64,000 nucleotides of DNA from Methanothrix sp. (lineage in GTDB: Archaea > Halobacteriota > Methanosarcinia > Methanotrichales > Methanotrichaceae), in contig OY821645.1 of the NCBI GenBank assembly GCA_963682135.1, positions 2,208,001-2,272,000 on the forward strand. Reading direction: 5' to 3'. This document shows, piece by piece, positions 49,417 through 60,217 of the stretch (position 1 is its first letter; each line of letters begins with the position of its first letter). The notes beneath the pieces are model-generated. The model saw nothing but the letters and a program-made list of their open reading frames with translations, did not search any database and was not told where the DNA came from. The translations under genes were made by a program, and so were the position numbers.

Positions 49417-49564
49417 ATCAAATTAGATCTTCAATCATTGAGGGGATGGATCCGCCCGCCGGGAGTAGTCAAAAGAGAGTCTGGCCGGGCGGTCTAAATC
49501 GTAGTAGTACCAGTGGCTATGAGTAGATTTGCCGCGCGGGGCGAAAGTAAGGAGGTTGAAATTT

Positions 49565-49918
49565 ATGAGAATCATGGAGATCGAGATTATGGGAAAGGGA
49601 AAAGCAATGGCAAAGCTGGACGAAAGGAATCCCAAGACAAGAGAGGCATTCTTTGATGCACTTCCCATAGAGGGTATAGCCAACCTCTGGGGTGAGGAGG
49701 TTTACTTCGATGTGCCTTTGCAGATGGACAACGAGAATCCGTCACCCACGGCAGCCGCTGGTGATATTTGCTACTGGTCGCCAGGCCCGGCATTTTGCAT
49801 CTTCTTTGGTAAGACCCAGCCATATTCTTCAGTGAACCATATCGGGAAGATCACACAGGGATTGGAGATATTCAAACACGTGTCCAGCGGAGATCGGATA
49901 GTTTTGAGGAAAAGGTGA
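49565..49918 (+). CDS. Cyclophilin-like fold protein (DUF369/TM1367-like)
   Basis: WGEEVYF, GDI.YW.PG..FCIFFG.T. Confidence 0.85.
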   Translation: MRIMEIEIMGKGKAMAKLDERNPKTREAFFDALPIEGIANLWGEEVYFDVPLQMDNENPSPTAAAGDICYWSPGPAFCIFFGKTQPYSSVNHIGKITQGLEIFKHVSSGDRIVLRKR

Positions 49919-50038
49919 GCGTTCGTTGTTCTTTGTGAGGCTCGTTCTCTTTAAAGTTGATCTCTTCGCGAGAACTGATTATTCGTGAGACCTGAAAGAA
50001 AAAAGTGAATTGAACGGACCTTAGACAGACGAAAATAG

Positions 50039-50359
50039 CTACTTTCTACGCTTGACCACCACTATTCTTTCCACATCTGTCTCAGGCTTATCCAAATATT
50101 CCATACCCACCTTTTTGACCTTGGGCTTCCAGATCTCAGCCGGCATCCATGCAGGAGCATTCTTTGGTTTCTTTATTTGTACCCGCTCGCCGGTAAAAAT
50201 ATGCACCTTCTTTGTGCCACGCTCCCGAAGTCTGATGTCCGTGTGACCACGATTGGCAGCCTTCAAAGCAGCTTGTCTCGGTGCTTTCCCTGTAAAGACA
50301 CCGATCTCGTTACCATCCTTGTCCCGCAGGGCAAAGTTCCTCATCTCTTTCTCAGCCAA
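50039..50359 (-). CDS. Non-histone chromosomal protein MC1
   Basis: RNFALRD.DG.E.GVFTG..PRQAALKAANRG, IRLRERGTKKVH. Confidence 0.93.
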   Translation of the reverse strand: MAEKEMRNFALRDKDGNEIGVFTGKAPRQAALKAANRGHTDIRLRERGTKKVHIFTGERVQIKKPKNAPAWMPAEIWKPKVKKVGMEYLDKPETDVERIVVVKRRK

Positions 50360-50446
50360 ACTATCCCTCCTTGATCAAAGACCGATAAGCATTGAAAGGA
50401 CTACTTGTATAAATTGGTTCCGTGTAATATGTAATTATTGTGCTGC

Positions 50447-52951
50447 TCAGATATTTCTGATAACTTCAGCGTTCTCTGCCGTGAGATTGCCAAGGGCATC
50501 TATTGCCCTTCTGGCTGCCTCTCGGATATCACCGTCGCTATCATTAAGAGCCTGCTTCAATGGCCCAGCGGACCTGCTGTCTTTGATTTTTCCTAGGGCT
50601 ACAGCAGCACCATACCGTACCACGTTGTAGTTGTCCTGGAGAGACTGGATCAATGGTTCTACGGCCCTGCCATCTTTCAGTTCTCCGAGAGCCAAAGCTA
50701 CACTTGATCGCACACCGCTGTAGCCGTCCTGGAGAGCCAGGATCAATGGTTCTACGGCTCTGGCATCTTTGATATTTCCCAGAGCCGATGCAGCAAACCT
50801 TTGAACATCATAATCGCTATCATTGAGAGCCAGGATCAATGAGTCGACAGCTCGGCTATCGTTAAGATCGCCAAGAGCAAAAGCTGCGCTTGATCTGACA
50901 CCACTATCGCTATCATTGAGTGCCAGGATCAGTGAGTCGACAGCTCGGCTATCGTTAAGATCGCCAAGAGCAGAAGCTGCGCGCGATCTGACAAAACTGC
51001 TGCTATCATTGAGTGCCTTGATCAGTGGGACAACAGCTCTGCTATCGTGAAGGTCGCCGATAGCCGATGCTGCGCTTGATCTGACACCACTATCGCTATC
51101 ATTGAGAGCCAGGATCAATGGATCGATCCCATCTATCTCAACGATAGCCGATGACGCAATCGTTTGTACATCCCAGTAGCTGTCATTGAGTGCCAGGATC
51201 AATGGACCTATGGCCCTGCTATCGCTGAGATTGCCGAGAGATTGGGCAGCACTCATTCTGACATCGCTGTCGCTGTCATTCAGAGCCCGAATCAGTGAAT
51301 CGACTGCATTGGGGTCGTTGAGCTTCCCGAGAGATTTTGCGCTCTCACTTCGGACCTGCCAATCGCCGTCATTGAGAGCCTGAATCAATGGGCCAACGGC
51401 TCTGCCATCATGAAGAAGGCCGAGAGACTGAGCAGCACTCGATCTGACGTCGCTTTCGCTATCATTGAGAGCCAGGACCAGTGACTCGACGGCTCTGCTA
51501 TCGTTGAGATTGCCAAGAGCTGCAGCAGAACCTTCCCGTACGTCGCTATCACTATCATTAAGGACCTTAATCAGAGGATCAAAGGCTCTTTGGTCTCCCA
51601 GTTCACCAAGAACCACGGCTGCATTCTCTCGGACATAGCTGTTCTCATCTTTGAGTGCCAAGATCAGCGGATCGATAGCCCGGCTATCATTGAGCTTGCC
51701 CAGAGCGAGAACTGCATGCTGTCGGACATCGCTGTCCTCATCTCCGAGAGCCAGGATCAGAGGACCAACTGCCCTGGGATCTATGAGATCAACAAGAGCC
51801 TCGGCAGCATATTCCCGGACATTCGCGTTGCCATCCTCGAGAGCCGAGATGAATGCACCGGCCTCTCCTATGTCGATCAGAGCCGATGATGCCATCTCTT
51901 GAACATCCCAATCACTGTCATTGAGAGCCAGAACCAGTGGATCGACTGCCCTTGGATCTTTGATATGGCCCAGAGCCAATGCGGCCATTTCTCGGACCCA
52001 CTCATCTTCATCCTTGAGTGCCTGGATCAGCGGGACAACAGCTCGGCTATCGTTGAGATTGCCAAGGGACTGGGCTGCAATTTCTCGCAAATCACTGTCG
52101 CGATCACCAAGAGCCAGGATTAACGGATCGACGGCCCGGCTATCATTGAGATTGCCCAGAGCCAGGGCAGCGTTCATTCGGACATAGAGATCACTATCAT
52201 TGAGTGCCTCGATCAATGGACCGACAGCTCTGGAATCATTAATCTCTCCCAGAGACAATGCAGCCCTCCATCGGACATAGTGATCGCTATCATGCAGTGC
52301 CCGGATCAATGAATCGACTGCCCTTGCATCTCTAAAATCACCAAGAGCCGATGCAGCACCCGATCGGACATCTCTGTCGCTATCATTCAAATCCTCGATC
52401 AGAGATTCGAAAGTTTTAGAGCTGTAGGGTATTACATGAGTCTTGTTCTTTGCCATACCTTTGATGAGTTCGGCTGCTTTTTCGTAAGCTTGCGGTGCAG
52501 CGAAATTACTTACGCCCACCGAACTTGTTGAATTGTTTCTTGTAATCGAAATACTTTCGCAAGAGCCATCCCTTACCTCGGGATTATAGTAGCTATCATT
52601 GAGAGAATAGAATCCACTTTTTCCAAGTTTATCGAGAAGGTCTTTCAATTCGGTCTCATTTAGTGCAAACGTCTTTCTGAACTCTTCCTGCTCGAACCTC
52701 TGTCCATCTTCGAAAATAATAAGGTTGCCACTCCCACTCTCGTAGAGGCCAAACCCATCTGATTCTATCCAGATATCCGTCCTGCCCCATTCGGCATGAC
52801 AGGCACCATAAGAATAATGAATAATCAAAGGCATGCTTTCGTTCATGGGCTGGGGTGAAGACTCTATGCCAGCGCCAGTACATGCTGACACAAGTACCAG
52901 CATATAGATGCAAAACAATATTCTCATGTATTTCATTCTCTTGCGTTCCAT
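50447..52951 (-). CDS. HEAT/PBS-lyase repeat lipoprotein
   Basis: Lipobox-like LVSAC; N-terminal domain, then about 20 31-aa repeats (VR..AA.ALG.L.D.RAV..LI.AL.D). Confidence 0.85.
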   Translation of the reverse strand: MERKRMKYMRILFCIYMLVLVSACTGAGIESSPQPMNESMPLIIHYSYGACHAEWGRTDIWIESDGFGLYESGSGNLIIFEDGQRFEQEEFRKTFALNETELKDLLDKLGKSGFYSLNDSYYNPEVRDGSCESISITRNNSTSSVGVSNFAAPQAYEKAAELIKGMAKNKTHVIPYSSKTFESLIEDLNDSDRDVRSGAASALGDFRDARAVDSLIRALHDSDHYVRWRAALSLGEINDSRAVGPLIEALNDSDLYVRMNAALALGNLNDSRAVDPLILALGDRDSDLREIAAQSLGNLNDSRAVVPLIQALKDEDEWVREMAALALGHIKDPRAVDPLVLALNDSDWDVQEMASSALIDIGEAGAFISALEDGNANVREYAAEALVDLIDPRAVGPLILALGDEDSDVRQHAVLALGKLNDSRAIDPLILALKDENSYVRENAAVVLGELGDQRAFDPLIKVLNDSDSDVREGSAAALGNLNDSRAVESLVLALNDSESDVRSSAAQSLGLLHDGRAVGPLIQALNDGDWQVRSESAKSLGKLNDPNAVDSLIRALNDSDSDVRMSAAQSLGNLSDSRAIGPLILALNDSYWDVQTIASSAIVEIDGIDPLILALNDSDSGVRSSAASAIGDLHDSRAVVPLIKALNDSSSFVRSRAASALGDLNDSRAVDSLILALNDSDSGVRSSAAFALGDLNDSRAVDSLILALNDSDYDVQRFAASALGNIKDARAVEPLILALQDGYSGVRSSVALALGELKDGRAVEPLIQSLQDNYNVVRYGAAVALGKIKDSRSAGPLKQALNDSDGDIREAARRAIDALGNLTAENAEVIRNI
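50500..52400 (-). repeat. About 93-nt period HEAT-repeat coding array
   Basis: Recurrent tcgctatcattgagagccaggatc. Confidence 0.85.
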
Positions 52952-53263
52952 TAATGGTGATCCGATCTTGATATTTCCTTTGCCGGTTGTTACATTGCCT
53001 GCATAGTATTTATTCTCACCTAAGGCAACTACGATGCACTTCTGATGCTTTGATAAAATCCTAATGTTTGAGGGGAAGTAAATCTGAGGTCTTCTTCGGA
53101 CATTCTTATGACTTGCCGTCAAGGAGAAGAAGTCTTAAATATTGCTTACAAAAATATCAAGTATTATGAACAAATTATATTTGTATCAGCAAAATCTTAC
53201 AATGAGATGCTCAATTCGGAAACGATCCATAAGGAAATTAACTATGGGTGTGGTATCATAGGG

Positions 53264-54139
53264 ATGTATTCAATAGAGGTTCATAACCTAACTAAGAAGT
53301 TTTTATTACATCGAGGACTGCTCGATTTTGTCACTCGTCCACTCAAAAAAGATGAGATTACATCCCTGGAAATGATCAATTTAAAGGTACGAGAGGGTGA
53401 AGTATTCGGTTTGCTCGGACCAAATGGTGCCGGAAAGACCACACTAATAAAAATATTATGCACCTTGATTTTTCCGAGCGCGGGAACAGCAAGGGTGAAT
53501 GGATATGATGTATTAAAGGAGAGCAAAAAGGTCAGAGAATCCATCGGCTATGTCACCACAGACGAAAGAAGTTTCTACTGGAGGCTTACCGGTCGACAAA
53601 ATCTAGAATTTTTTGCCAATCTTCACAACTATTATTCTCACGAGGCCCGTGAAAGAGTGTCAGAGATTCTGGATATCGTCGACCTGGAAAATAGAGCAGA
53701 TGACCCCTTTCTAAGCTATTCTGCCGGGATGAAGCAGCGGCTGGCCATAGCCAGAGGGCTGATCAACGACCCTCGGGTTCTCTTCATGGATGAGCCGACA
53801 AGGAGCTTGGACCCAAAAGCTTCTCAGAACGCCAGGGACTTTATCAGCGATTACATTGTAAGAGAGCGAGAGAAGACCATATTCTTATCCACTCATAACC
53901 TGGGCGAAGCCGAGCAGCTCTGCGATAGAATTGCTATTCTTGACGAGGGAAAGATAAAGATTGCCGGCAGCCCTCAGGAGCTAAAAAGCGGTCTGGGCAA
54001 TGATTCCACATTAAGCGACGTCTTCTCATTCTACTCAGGCAGGAGGCTCGAAGAGGAAAAACTACCGAAATCGTCCTTCATGAAAGAGAGGCGCTTTCGG
54101 CACGCAGGCGGATTTGGCATGAGGGGGAGAGGATTGTGA
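53264..54139 (+). CDS. ABC exporter ATP-binding protein
   Basis: GPNGAGKT, YSAG, MDEPT. Confidence 0.9.
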   Translation: MYSIEVHNLTKKFLLHRGLLDFVTRPLKKDEITSLEMINLKVREGEVFGLLGPNGAGKTTLIKILCTLIFPSAGTARVNGYDVLKESKKVRESIGYVTTDERSFYWRLTGRQNLEFFANLHNYYSHEARERVSEILDIVDLENRADDPFLSYSAGMKQRLAIARGLINDPRVLFMDEPTRSLDPKASQNARDFISDYIVREREKTIFLSTHNLGEAEQLCDRIAILDEGKIKIAGSPQELKSGLGNDSTLSDVFSFYSGRRLEEEKLPKSSFMKERRFRHAGGFGMRGRGL

Positions 54140-54942
54140 TCTTGAGAAAGGCTTTCGCTTTCATAAAGCGCAGCTATATGCTGCAGATGAGCTATCGGTT
54201 GGAGTCTATTTTACGAATATTCTTCATGCTATTTAATATATTGACATATTACTTCGTTGCAAAGCTAGTAGGAACCGCGGGAGCCAAATATCTTGAACCC
54301 TATGGTGGAGACTATTTCTCCTTTGTACTGATCGGCATAGCTTTTTCCACATATCTAATGGTCTCGCTGCGGGGCTTCTCCGAGACCATAAGAGATGAAC
54401 AGATGATGGGAACTTTAGAAGCCATGCTCGTAACCCCCACCGATACGGCTACGGTGATAACCTTTTCATCACTATGGAGCTTCATATTTGCCTCCATTAG
54501 AGTTCTGTTGTATCTCATAGTCGGCATTCTCTTGGGCGTGAACATGACAAATGCCAACTTAATAGGAGCATTAATCATTCTCATCCTAACAATACTGAGT
54601 TTTAGCAGCCTCGGCATATTGGCGGCGAGCTTCATCATGATCTTTAAAAGAGGAGATCCCATCAATATGATGTTCATGAGCACATCAGAACTCTTTGGAG
54701 GCGTGTTTTTTCCTATCGAAGTATTGCCTTGGTGGCTACAGAGCATCTCTCATCTCTTTCCCATGACCTATTCGCTGAGCGGTATGAGACATGCGCTCTT
54801 GCAGGGATATTCGTTGCATGATTTGCTCCCGGAAATATCTACATTGGTAATTTTCGCCCTAATTCTTCTGCCACTGAGTCTATTCATCATCAGATTCGCC
54901 GTAAAAAGAGTCAAGGAAGAGGGGACACTGGTTCAATATTGA
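54136..54942 (+). CDS. ABC-2 permease
   Basis: TM segments; GTLE....TP; GVFFP..LP. Confidence 0.88.
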   Translation: MILRKAFAFIKRSYMLQMSYRLESILRIFFMLFNILTYYFVAKLVGTAGAKYLEPYGGDYFSFVLIGIAFSTYLMVSLRGFSETIRDEQMMGTLEAMLVTPTDTATVITFSSLWSFIFASIRVLLYLIVGILLGVNMTNANLIGALIILILTILSFSSLGILAASFIMIFKRGDPINMMFMSTSELFGGVFFPIEVLPWWLQSISHLFPMTYSLSGMRHALLQGYSLHDLLPEISTLVIFALILLPLSLFIIRFAVKRVKEEGTLVQY

Positions 54943-55034
54943 GTGATTTTCTTTCTATTTTTTTACATCAGGTTGCTTCCTTCAAACAGAACTCCTCCCG
55001 TGCTAAGTTTGATGATCAACATACTCGATGGATA

Positions 55035-55073
55035 AATATTAAATAGTATGATAATTCAATCGAATTATCATAT
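55035..55073 (+). promoter_or_regulatory. TATA box followed by a NikR-like operator
   Basis: aatattaaata then GTATGA-N16-TCATAT; perfect 11-bp inverted repeat tatgataattc-aatc-gaattatcata. Confidence 0.65.
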
Positions 55074-55156
55074 CAGTTCACATATCAAGAAGATAAATCT
55101 TGCAGAAATGTCGAATGAAGCAATATGAATTGGATAATGCATATGAGGTGATCTTG

Positions 55157-56389
55157 ATGAAACAAACCCATAAAGAATTAGCATTGCTCTTATGCCTGTT
55201 ACTCTGGGCAGTTCCATCTGTATGGGGAGATGAAACGCTCAGGATATTCGGGAATGCCAATATGGATCAAACCATTGACGAAAAAGACCTAGCTTATGTA
55301 GAAGAAATTATTAGCGGCAAGGCGCAGACAACGGAGTTTGCAGATGCGAATAATGATGGAAATGTCGATGCTCAGGATATCGATCAAATCCAGGCCCTAA
55401 TTGACGACAATGCAAAATCGATAACGGTTAAGGATGCCGGAAATAGAGTAGTAACTGTAAAACTGCCGGTTAACCATTTCATTTCTGCGGATTACCGCAC
55501 GACTGAGCCCATGATAGCAATGGGAGCAACAGATAAGATTTGTGCCGTTGACACGACCTTTCACGAGCGAATGGCGGAATTTGGGCTCGCCGATAGGCCG
55601 GAAGTTGCAGTTCATGCTGGTGAGGTTAATTACGAGCTGATTCTGAAGATGCAATCCGACCTGGTATTGGTTGCTGCCAGCAAGGCATCCACTGCAAATG
55701 ATACTTCAGAGAAACTCAAAGGATGCCCGGTTATTGCCATCAGTCCCACCAATAGAAAATCCATAATCCCGGATTTAAGACTCTTGGGCTATGTATTGGG
55801 AGAACGAGAAGGATCGGAGAAACTGATCGGCTGGATAAAGGATCACGAAGGTATTGTGGAAGATCGTGTTAAAGATATCCCATCATCAGAATATCCCACA
55901 TTCTATTACGAATCCCAGGCCGACCAAAAACTGTGGTTCGCCTACACACCGGTTGGCGGAAACATCTTTGATGGATGCGCGGCCAATAATATCGCATCCA
56001 CGCTTGGGTCCAGTTCATCTTATGAGATCGAGCCAGAGTGGTTGCTGACTCAAAATCCGGATTTCATATTCCTGGACATGATGCAAGGGACGGACAGCGG
56101 TCCCGGAAAGAGCGAAGAAGATATGGCTGCATTGTGGCAGGAGCTTAAAGACAAGAGGATCTTCCCGGGATTTCTCGATATGAAAGCAATCAAGAACAAC
56201 AATATGTACATCATAGATAGAGATATCTCAAATGGACCAAGATGGGTAGTGGGCCATGCATATTTTGCCAAATGCATGCATCCGGAACTGTTTACTGACA
56301 TCAATCCTGATGAGTGGAACCAGGAATATCTCGAAGAATTCTTTGGCCATGATATAACAGGAACTTGGGCATATCCCATGCCCAAGTAA
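55157..56389 (+). CDS. BtuF/FecB-type substrate-binding protein with dockerin-like N-terminus
   Basis: GNAN.D..ID..D and DANNDG.VD..D; D..GR.V, N.E.IL, EWLL..NPD.I, GPR. Confidence 0.85.
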   Translation: MKQTHKELALLLCLLLWAVPSVWGDETLRIFGNANMDQTIDEKDLAYVEEIISGKAQTTEFADANNDGNVDAQDIDQIQALIDDNAKSITVKDAGNRVVTVKLPVNHFISADYRTTEPMIAMGATDKICAVDTTFHERMAEFGLADRPEVAVHAGEVNYELILKMQSDLVLVAASKASTANDTSEKLKGCPVIAISPTNRKSIIPDLRLLGYVLGEREGSEKLIGWIKDHEGIVEDRVKDIPSSEYPTFYYESQADQKLWFAYTPVGGNIFDGCAANNIASTLGSSSSYEIEPEWLLTQNPDFIFLDMMQGTDSGPGKSEEDMAALWQELKDKRIFPGFLDMKAIKNNNMYIIDRDISNGPRWVVGHAYFAKCMHPELFTDINPDEWNQEYLEEFFGHDITGTWAYPMPK

Positions 56390-56468
56390 ATAATTTTTCA
56401 TGGACCAGCAGAACCTCTACCACGCCAGCAATGCGAATGAACATTTCAGTTTTTTGGGAGAATGAAAT

Positions 56469-57131
56469 ATGCAGCCAAATAAATCGGAAATTAAAGAGAA
56501 GATAAGAGCATTCTGGGACAATCCCAGCCACGATTATGATGCAGCACCAGCCCACGGGGTAAACTCTCCATCAGAGAAGGAGATGTGGAGAAAGGGAATG
56601 TCTCAATTGCTCGGCACTAACAAGGAACTAAAGATTCTGGATATCGGCACAGGTACCGGCTTTCTGGCGTTGCTGCTCGCCGAGATGGGATACGATGTCA
56701 CCGGAGTTGACTGGGCAAAAAGCAAGATACAAAAGGCAAAAGATAAAGCTGCAGCTCTAAAGATCAAGGTGAATTTCGAGGTACAGGATGCGGAGACACT
56801 ATCATTTCCGGACAACACCTTTGATGCCGTGGTGAGCAGGCATGTGATCTGGACATTGGCCGATCCTCTAACTGCGGCCAGAGATTGGGCAAGAGTTGTT
56901 CGCCTTCAAGGAAAAGTCATAGCAGATATCCCTCAGATGAAATCCCACTGCGCAAGCCATCACTTTGGAGAAGGGGTGGGCAGAAATCTGCCATTTTATA
57001 ACGGAGCGAAGCCTGAGAAGGTGGCAAGCATGTTCAGGGAAGCTGGATTGATAAAAGTAGATCTACTCACGTTGGACAGAGCAGTCGACTTGGATAAAAC
57101 GACTGTGCTGGTACATGGCGAAAAAGGATAA
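56469..57131 (+). CDS. Class I SAM-dependent methyltransferase
   Basis: ILDIGTGTG, DAE.L.F.D..FDAVVSR. Confidence 0.9.
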   Translation: MQPNKSEIKEKIRAFWDNPSHDYDAAPAHGVNSPSEKEMWRKGMSQLLGTNKELKILDIGTGTGFLALLLAEMGYDVTGVDWAKSKIQKAKDKAAALKIKVNFEVQDAETLSFPDNTFDAVVSRHVIWTLADPLTAARDWARVVRLQGKVIADIPQMKSHCASHHFGEGVGRNLPFYNGAKPEKVASMFREAGLIKVDLLTLDRAVDLDKTTVLVHGEKG

Positions 57132-57158
57132 GAGGTTCGCAGAGGAAGGATAACGTGC

Positions 57159-58238
57159 ATGACACCAGAGATCTCCAATAAGAATGCGAATTCCGATTTG
57201 AGGATTGAATATCAGAAGTTTATTGGCAGAAAGATATTCTTTCTTATATCACTCCTTCTGGGTATAATTCTCCTGGGAGGCTATGCCGCCACTCAGGGCT
57301 CGGCGGAATTAAGTGTCCTTGATGTTTACTCTACCATTGGGGCAAAATTTTTTCCAGGAGTATTTGAAACCAACTGGTTTTCAGAGCAGATAGTATGGGG
57401 GCTGAGGCTGCACAGAATCTTCATGGCGATCGTGGGCGGAATTGGCCTGGCCATAGCAGGAGCTGTCATGCAGGGAATCTTAAAAAATCCCCTGGCCAGT
57501 CCTTTTACATTGGGGATATCGTCTGCCGCGGGATTCGGTGCTTCTTTGGCCATGATCGTGGGTGCAGGATTTGTAGGCGGAGAATACCTTATTATTGGCA
57601 ACGCCTTCATATTCACCTTCATCGCCTCATTAGTCGTTCTGGGCCTGGCGAAGTATAAGGGGATCTCCTCCGAGACAATGATCTTGGCAGGAATCGCAGT
57701 CAGTTACATCTTTTCGGCCATGACCTCATTTTTGCAGTACCTGGGTGATGCCGATCAGGTGCAGGGAGTGGTCTTCTGGATGATGGGCTCTCTGGGCAGG
57801 TCTGACTGGGACAAAGCAGCGATTGTAGCGGGCGTCATCCTCCTCTGTTTCCCCTATCTGCTCTTGCGCTCCTGGGATATCAATGCCATGGGAACTGGTG
57901 ACGAGACTGCCAAGAGCCTGGGTGTGAATGTTGAGCGGACGCGCGTCTTATGCATGATGCTGGTATCCGTAATCGTGGCAAGCATTGTCTGCTTCACCGG
58001 CACAATCGGATTTATCGGTCTTGTATCACCACACATAACAAGAATGGTTATTGGCGGAGACCATCGATTCCTTATGCCGGCCTCTGCCCTGGTAGGAGCA
58101 TTATTGCTGTTGGGCGCTGACACCGTGGCCAGAACGATTCTAGCTCCCGTAATACTCCCGGTAGGGATAATGACTTCCTTCATTGGAGTGCCGTTCTTTA
58201 TTTACCTATTCCTGCGCAAAAAGAAGGAGTTATTTTAG
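57159..58238 (+). CDS. FecCD/BtuC family permease
   Basis: Q....NPLASP.TLG.S..A, A.SLGV, G.IGF.GL..PH. Confidence 0.93.
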   Translation: MTPEISNKNANSDLRIEYQKFIGRKIFFLISLLLGIILLGGYAATQGSAELSVLDVYSTIGAKFFPGVFETNWFSEQIVWGLRLHRIFMAIVGGIGLAIAGAVMQGILKNPLASPFTLGISSAAGFGASLAMIVGAGFVGGEYLIIGNAFIFTFIASLVVLGLAKYKGISSETMILAGIAVSYIFSAMTSFLQYLGDADQVQGVVFWMMGSLGRSDWDKAAIVAGVILLCFPYLLLRSWDINAMGTGDETAKSLGVNVERTRVLCMMLVSVIVASIVCFTGTIGFIGLVSPHITRMVIGGDHRFLMPASALVGALLLLGADTVARTILAPVILPVGIMTSFIGVPFFIYLFLRKKKELF

Positions 58239-58468
58239 CAATGAATTTGCATTGCTTTTCCCATAGATAGCATGGGATGAGGGAATAGGTAGCTCTTCAC
58301 CCATGCTTCTTCCCCCGAATAGTTTAAATAATCATACTTGGTAATACTAGATAATTAGATAGTTTTATTAATAATGCCGACGTCTGGCACAACTATGTTA
58401 TGGCCCTATGTTATACCCACAACGACGCATGAGCGAATCGACTGCTATCCAATGGAGTGCGATGGTTT

Positions 58469-59257
58469 ATGGTAAAAATCACGATTAAGGATCTGACCTT
58501 TAGCTATGCAAGCAACAAGATCTTGGATAATCTGGACCTGGTAATTGATTCATCAGAGATCCTCAGCCTGGTGGGTCCCAATGGGTCTGGCAAGACCACC
58601 CTCATAAAATGCATGGATCGCATTCTCAGGCCGAAGGGGAGCATCCTGCTTGATTCTCGCAAGCTTGATGACATGAGTGGCGTGGAGATTGCCCGTATTT
58701 TCGGTTATGTACCACAGTCCAGTTCAACGCCCTTAAACACAACCGTATTCGATACCGTGCTCATGGGCAGAAGGCCGCACATTAGCTGGCGAGTCTCCGA
58801 CGCAGACATCGAGAAAGTGGCAGACACCCTTGAACTCTTGCACCTGGAGAAGTTTTCCATGAGAGATTTTTCACAGCTCTCTGGTGGCCAGAAGCAAAAA
58901 GTCCTGATCGCCCGTGCCTTATGTCAGGAGCCAGAGGTACTACTATTGGACGAACCAACCTCGAACCTGGATATGAAGCATCAGCTCGATGTCATGGAAA
59001 CGATAAGCTCACTTGTTAAGGATAAAGGCATCTCCGCAGTCATGGCCATACATGACCTCAACCTGGCCTCCAGGTTCTCAGATAAGCTGGCTATGTTGAT
59101 GGGCGGGAAGGTATATGCTGTTGGCAGCCCAAATTCACTTATTACAGAGAGCAACATCGGTTACGTCTATGGGATTGAGGCACAGGTGAGAAATGATCTT
59201 GACAAGCCCTATGTTGTACCCATCCGATCAATGAACGCAAGCACTGTATGTAGCTGA
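58469..59257 (+). CDS. FecE/BtuD-type ABC ATPase
   Basis: GPNGSGKT, LSGGQ.Q, LDEPT..LD..HQ, HDLNLA. Confidence 0.93.
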   Translation: MVKITIKDLTFSYASNKILDNLDLVIDSSEILSLVGPNGSGKTTLIKCMDRILRPKGSILLDSRKLDDMSGVEIARIFGYVPQSSSTPLNTTVFDTVLMGRRPHISWRVSDADIEKVADTLELLHLEKFSMRDFSQLSGGQKQKVLIARALCQEPEVLLLDEPTSNLDMKHQLDVMETISSLVKDKGISAVMAIHDLNLASRFSDKLAMLMGGKVYAVGSPNSLITESNIGYVYGIEAQVRNDLDKPYVVPIRSMNASTVCS

Positions 59258-59321
59258 AGGCACATATCATCCATTTGAGCAGGAGACGAACGAGTTCGAA
59301 TCGTCTCTTGCATATTGTTTT

Positions 59322-60092
59322 TCACTCAATGATCTTTCTGAAGCTGATCGATGCCACGATAAAGATCACTGCATCAAAGGCGATTACAGCCATGAAGTCC
59401 AGGGGGACATTTGCCACATCTCCGCTAATCATCAAGCCCCTCACCGCGTCCACGGCGTAGGTCAATGGATTTAAAACCGCTATGGACTGCAAGAATGGAG
59501 GCATCAGCTTGATAGGATAAAGCGCATTGCTGGCGAAGAATAGCGGCATGATCATGGCCTGGCCGATGCCCATGAAGCGTTCCCTGGTCTTCATGAGAGA
59601 TGCCACAAAAATGGAGAGTGCCGCAAATCCTCCCGAAACCATGAATAGCATCAGGAAGGCGGCTAAGATGTAGATGGGATTGGGAATAAACTTCACACCG
59701 AGCAAGATGGCTACCGGGAAGATTATCAGAGCTTGGACCACGGCCCTGACCCCAGAGGCAATGGCCCGACCGATGACAGTAGCGTATCTGGATGCAGGAG
59801 CCACCAGCAGGCGCTTTAAAATCCCAGTCTCCCTCTCCCAGACGATGGTGAGGCCGTAGAAGACGGAGACAAAGATAGTGGACTGGAGCAGCACGCCAGG
59901 CGTGATGTAATCGATATAAGGGATGCCGTTGGTGGGAATGTCCCGCACATGACTCATGACCGTTCCATAGACTGCCAGCCACAAGATTGGCTGAACAGCG
60001 CGTGTGTAAATCTCTGTCCGGTCGTGCCTGAGCCGTCTCATCTCAAGCTCGATCATAGCAAACATCTCTCTTCGTGAATCATTAAATGCCAT
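59322..60092 (-). CDS. ABC-2 (DrrB-like) permease
   Basis: Y..YI.PG, ERE.G.L.....P, NPLTY.VD. Confidence 0.88.
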   Translation of the reverse strand: MAFNDSRREMFAMIELEMRRLRHDRTEIYTRAVQPILWLAVYGTVMSHVRDIPTNGIPYIDYITPGVLLQSTIFVSVFYGLTIVWERETGILKRLLVAPASRYATVIGRAIASGVRAVVQALIIFPVAILLGVKFIPNPIYILAAFLMLFMVSGGFAALSIFVASLMKTRERFMGIGQAMIMPLFFASNALYPIKLMPPFLQSIAVLNPLTYAVDAVRGLMISGDVANVPLDFMAVIAFDAVIFIVASISFRKIIE

Positions 60093-60217
60093 AGTGGTAA
60101 CCTGATTGATCTCGTATCTCGAAAAACTCAAACACGTCGTTTTTCGGCCGTCTCATTTCATTGGAAGCGATCGCCAGTGGCCTACTCGATTGACCGGCTA
60201 TGCCAAATTTTGCCCAC

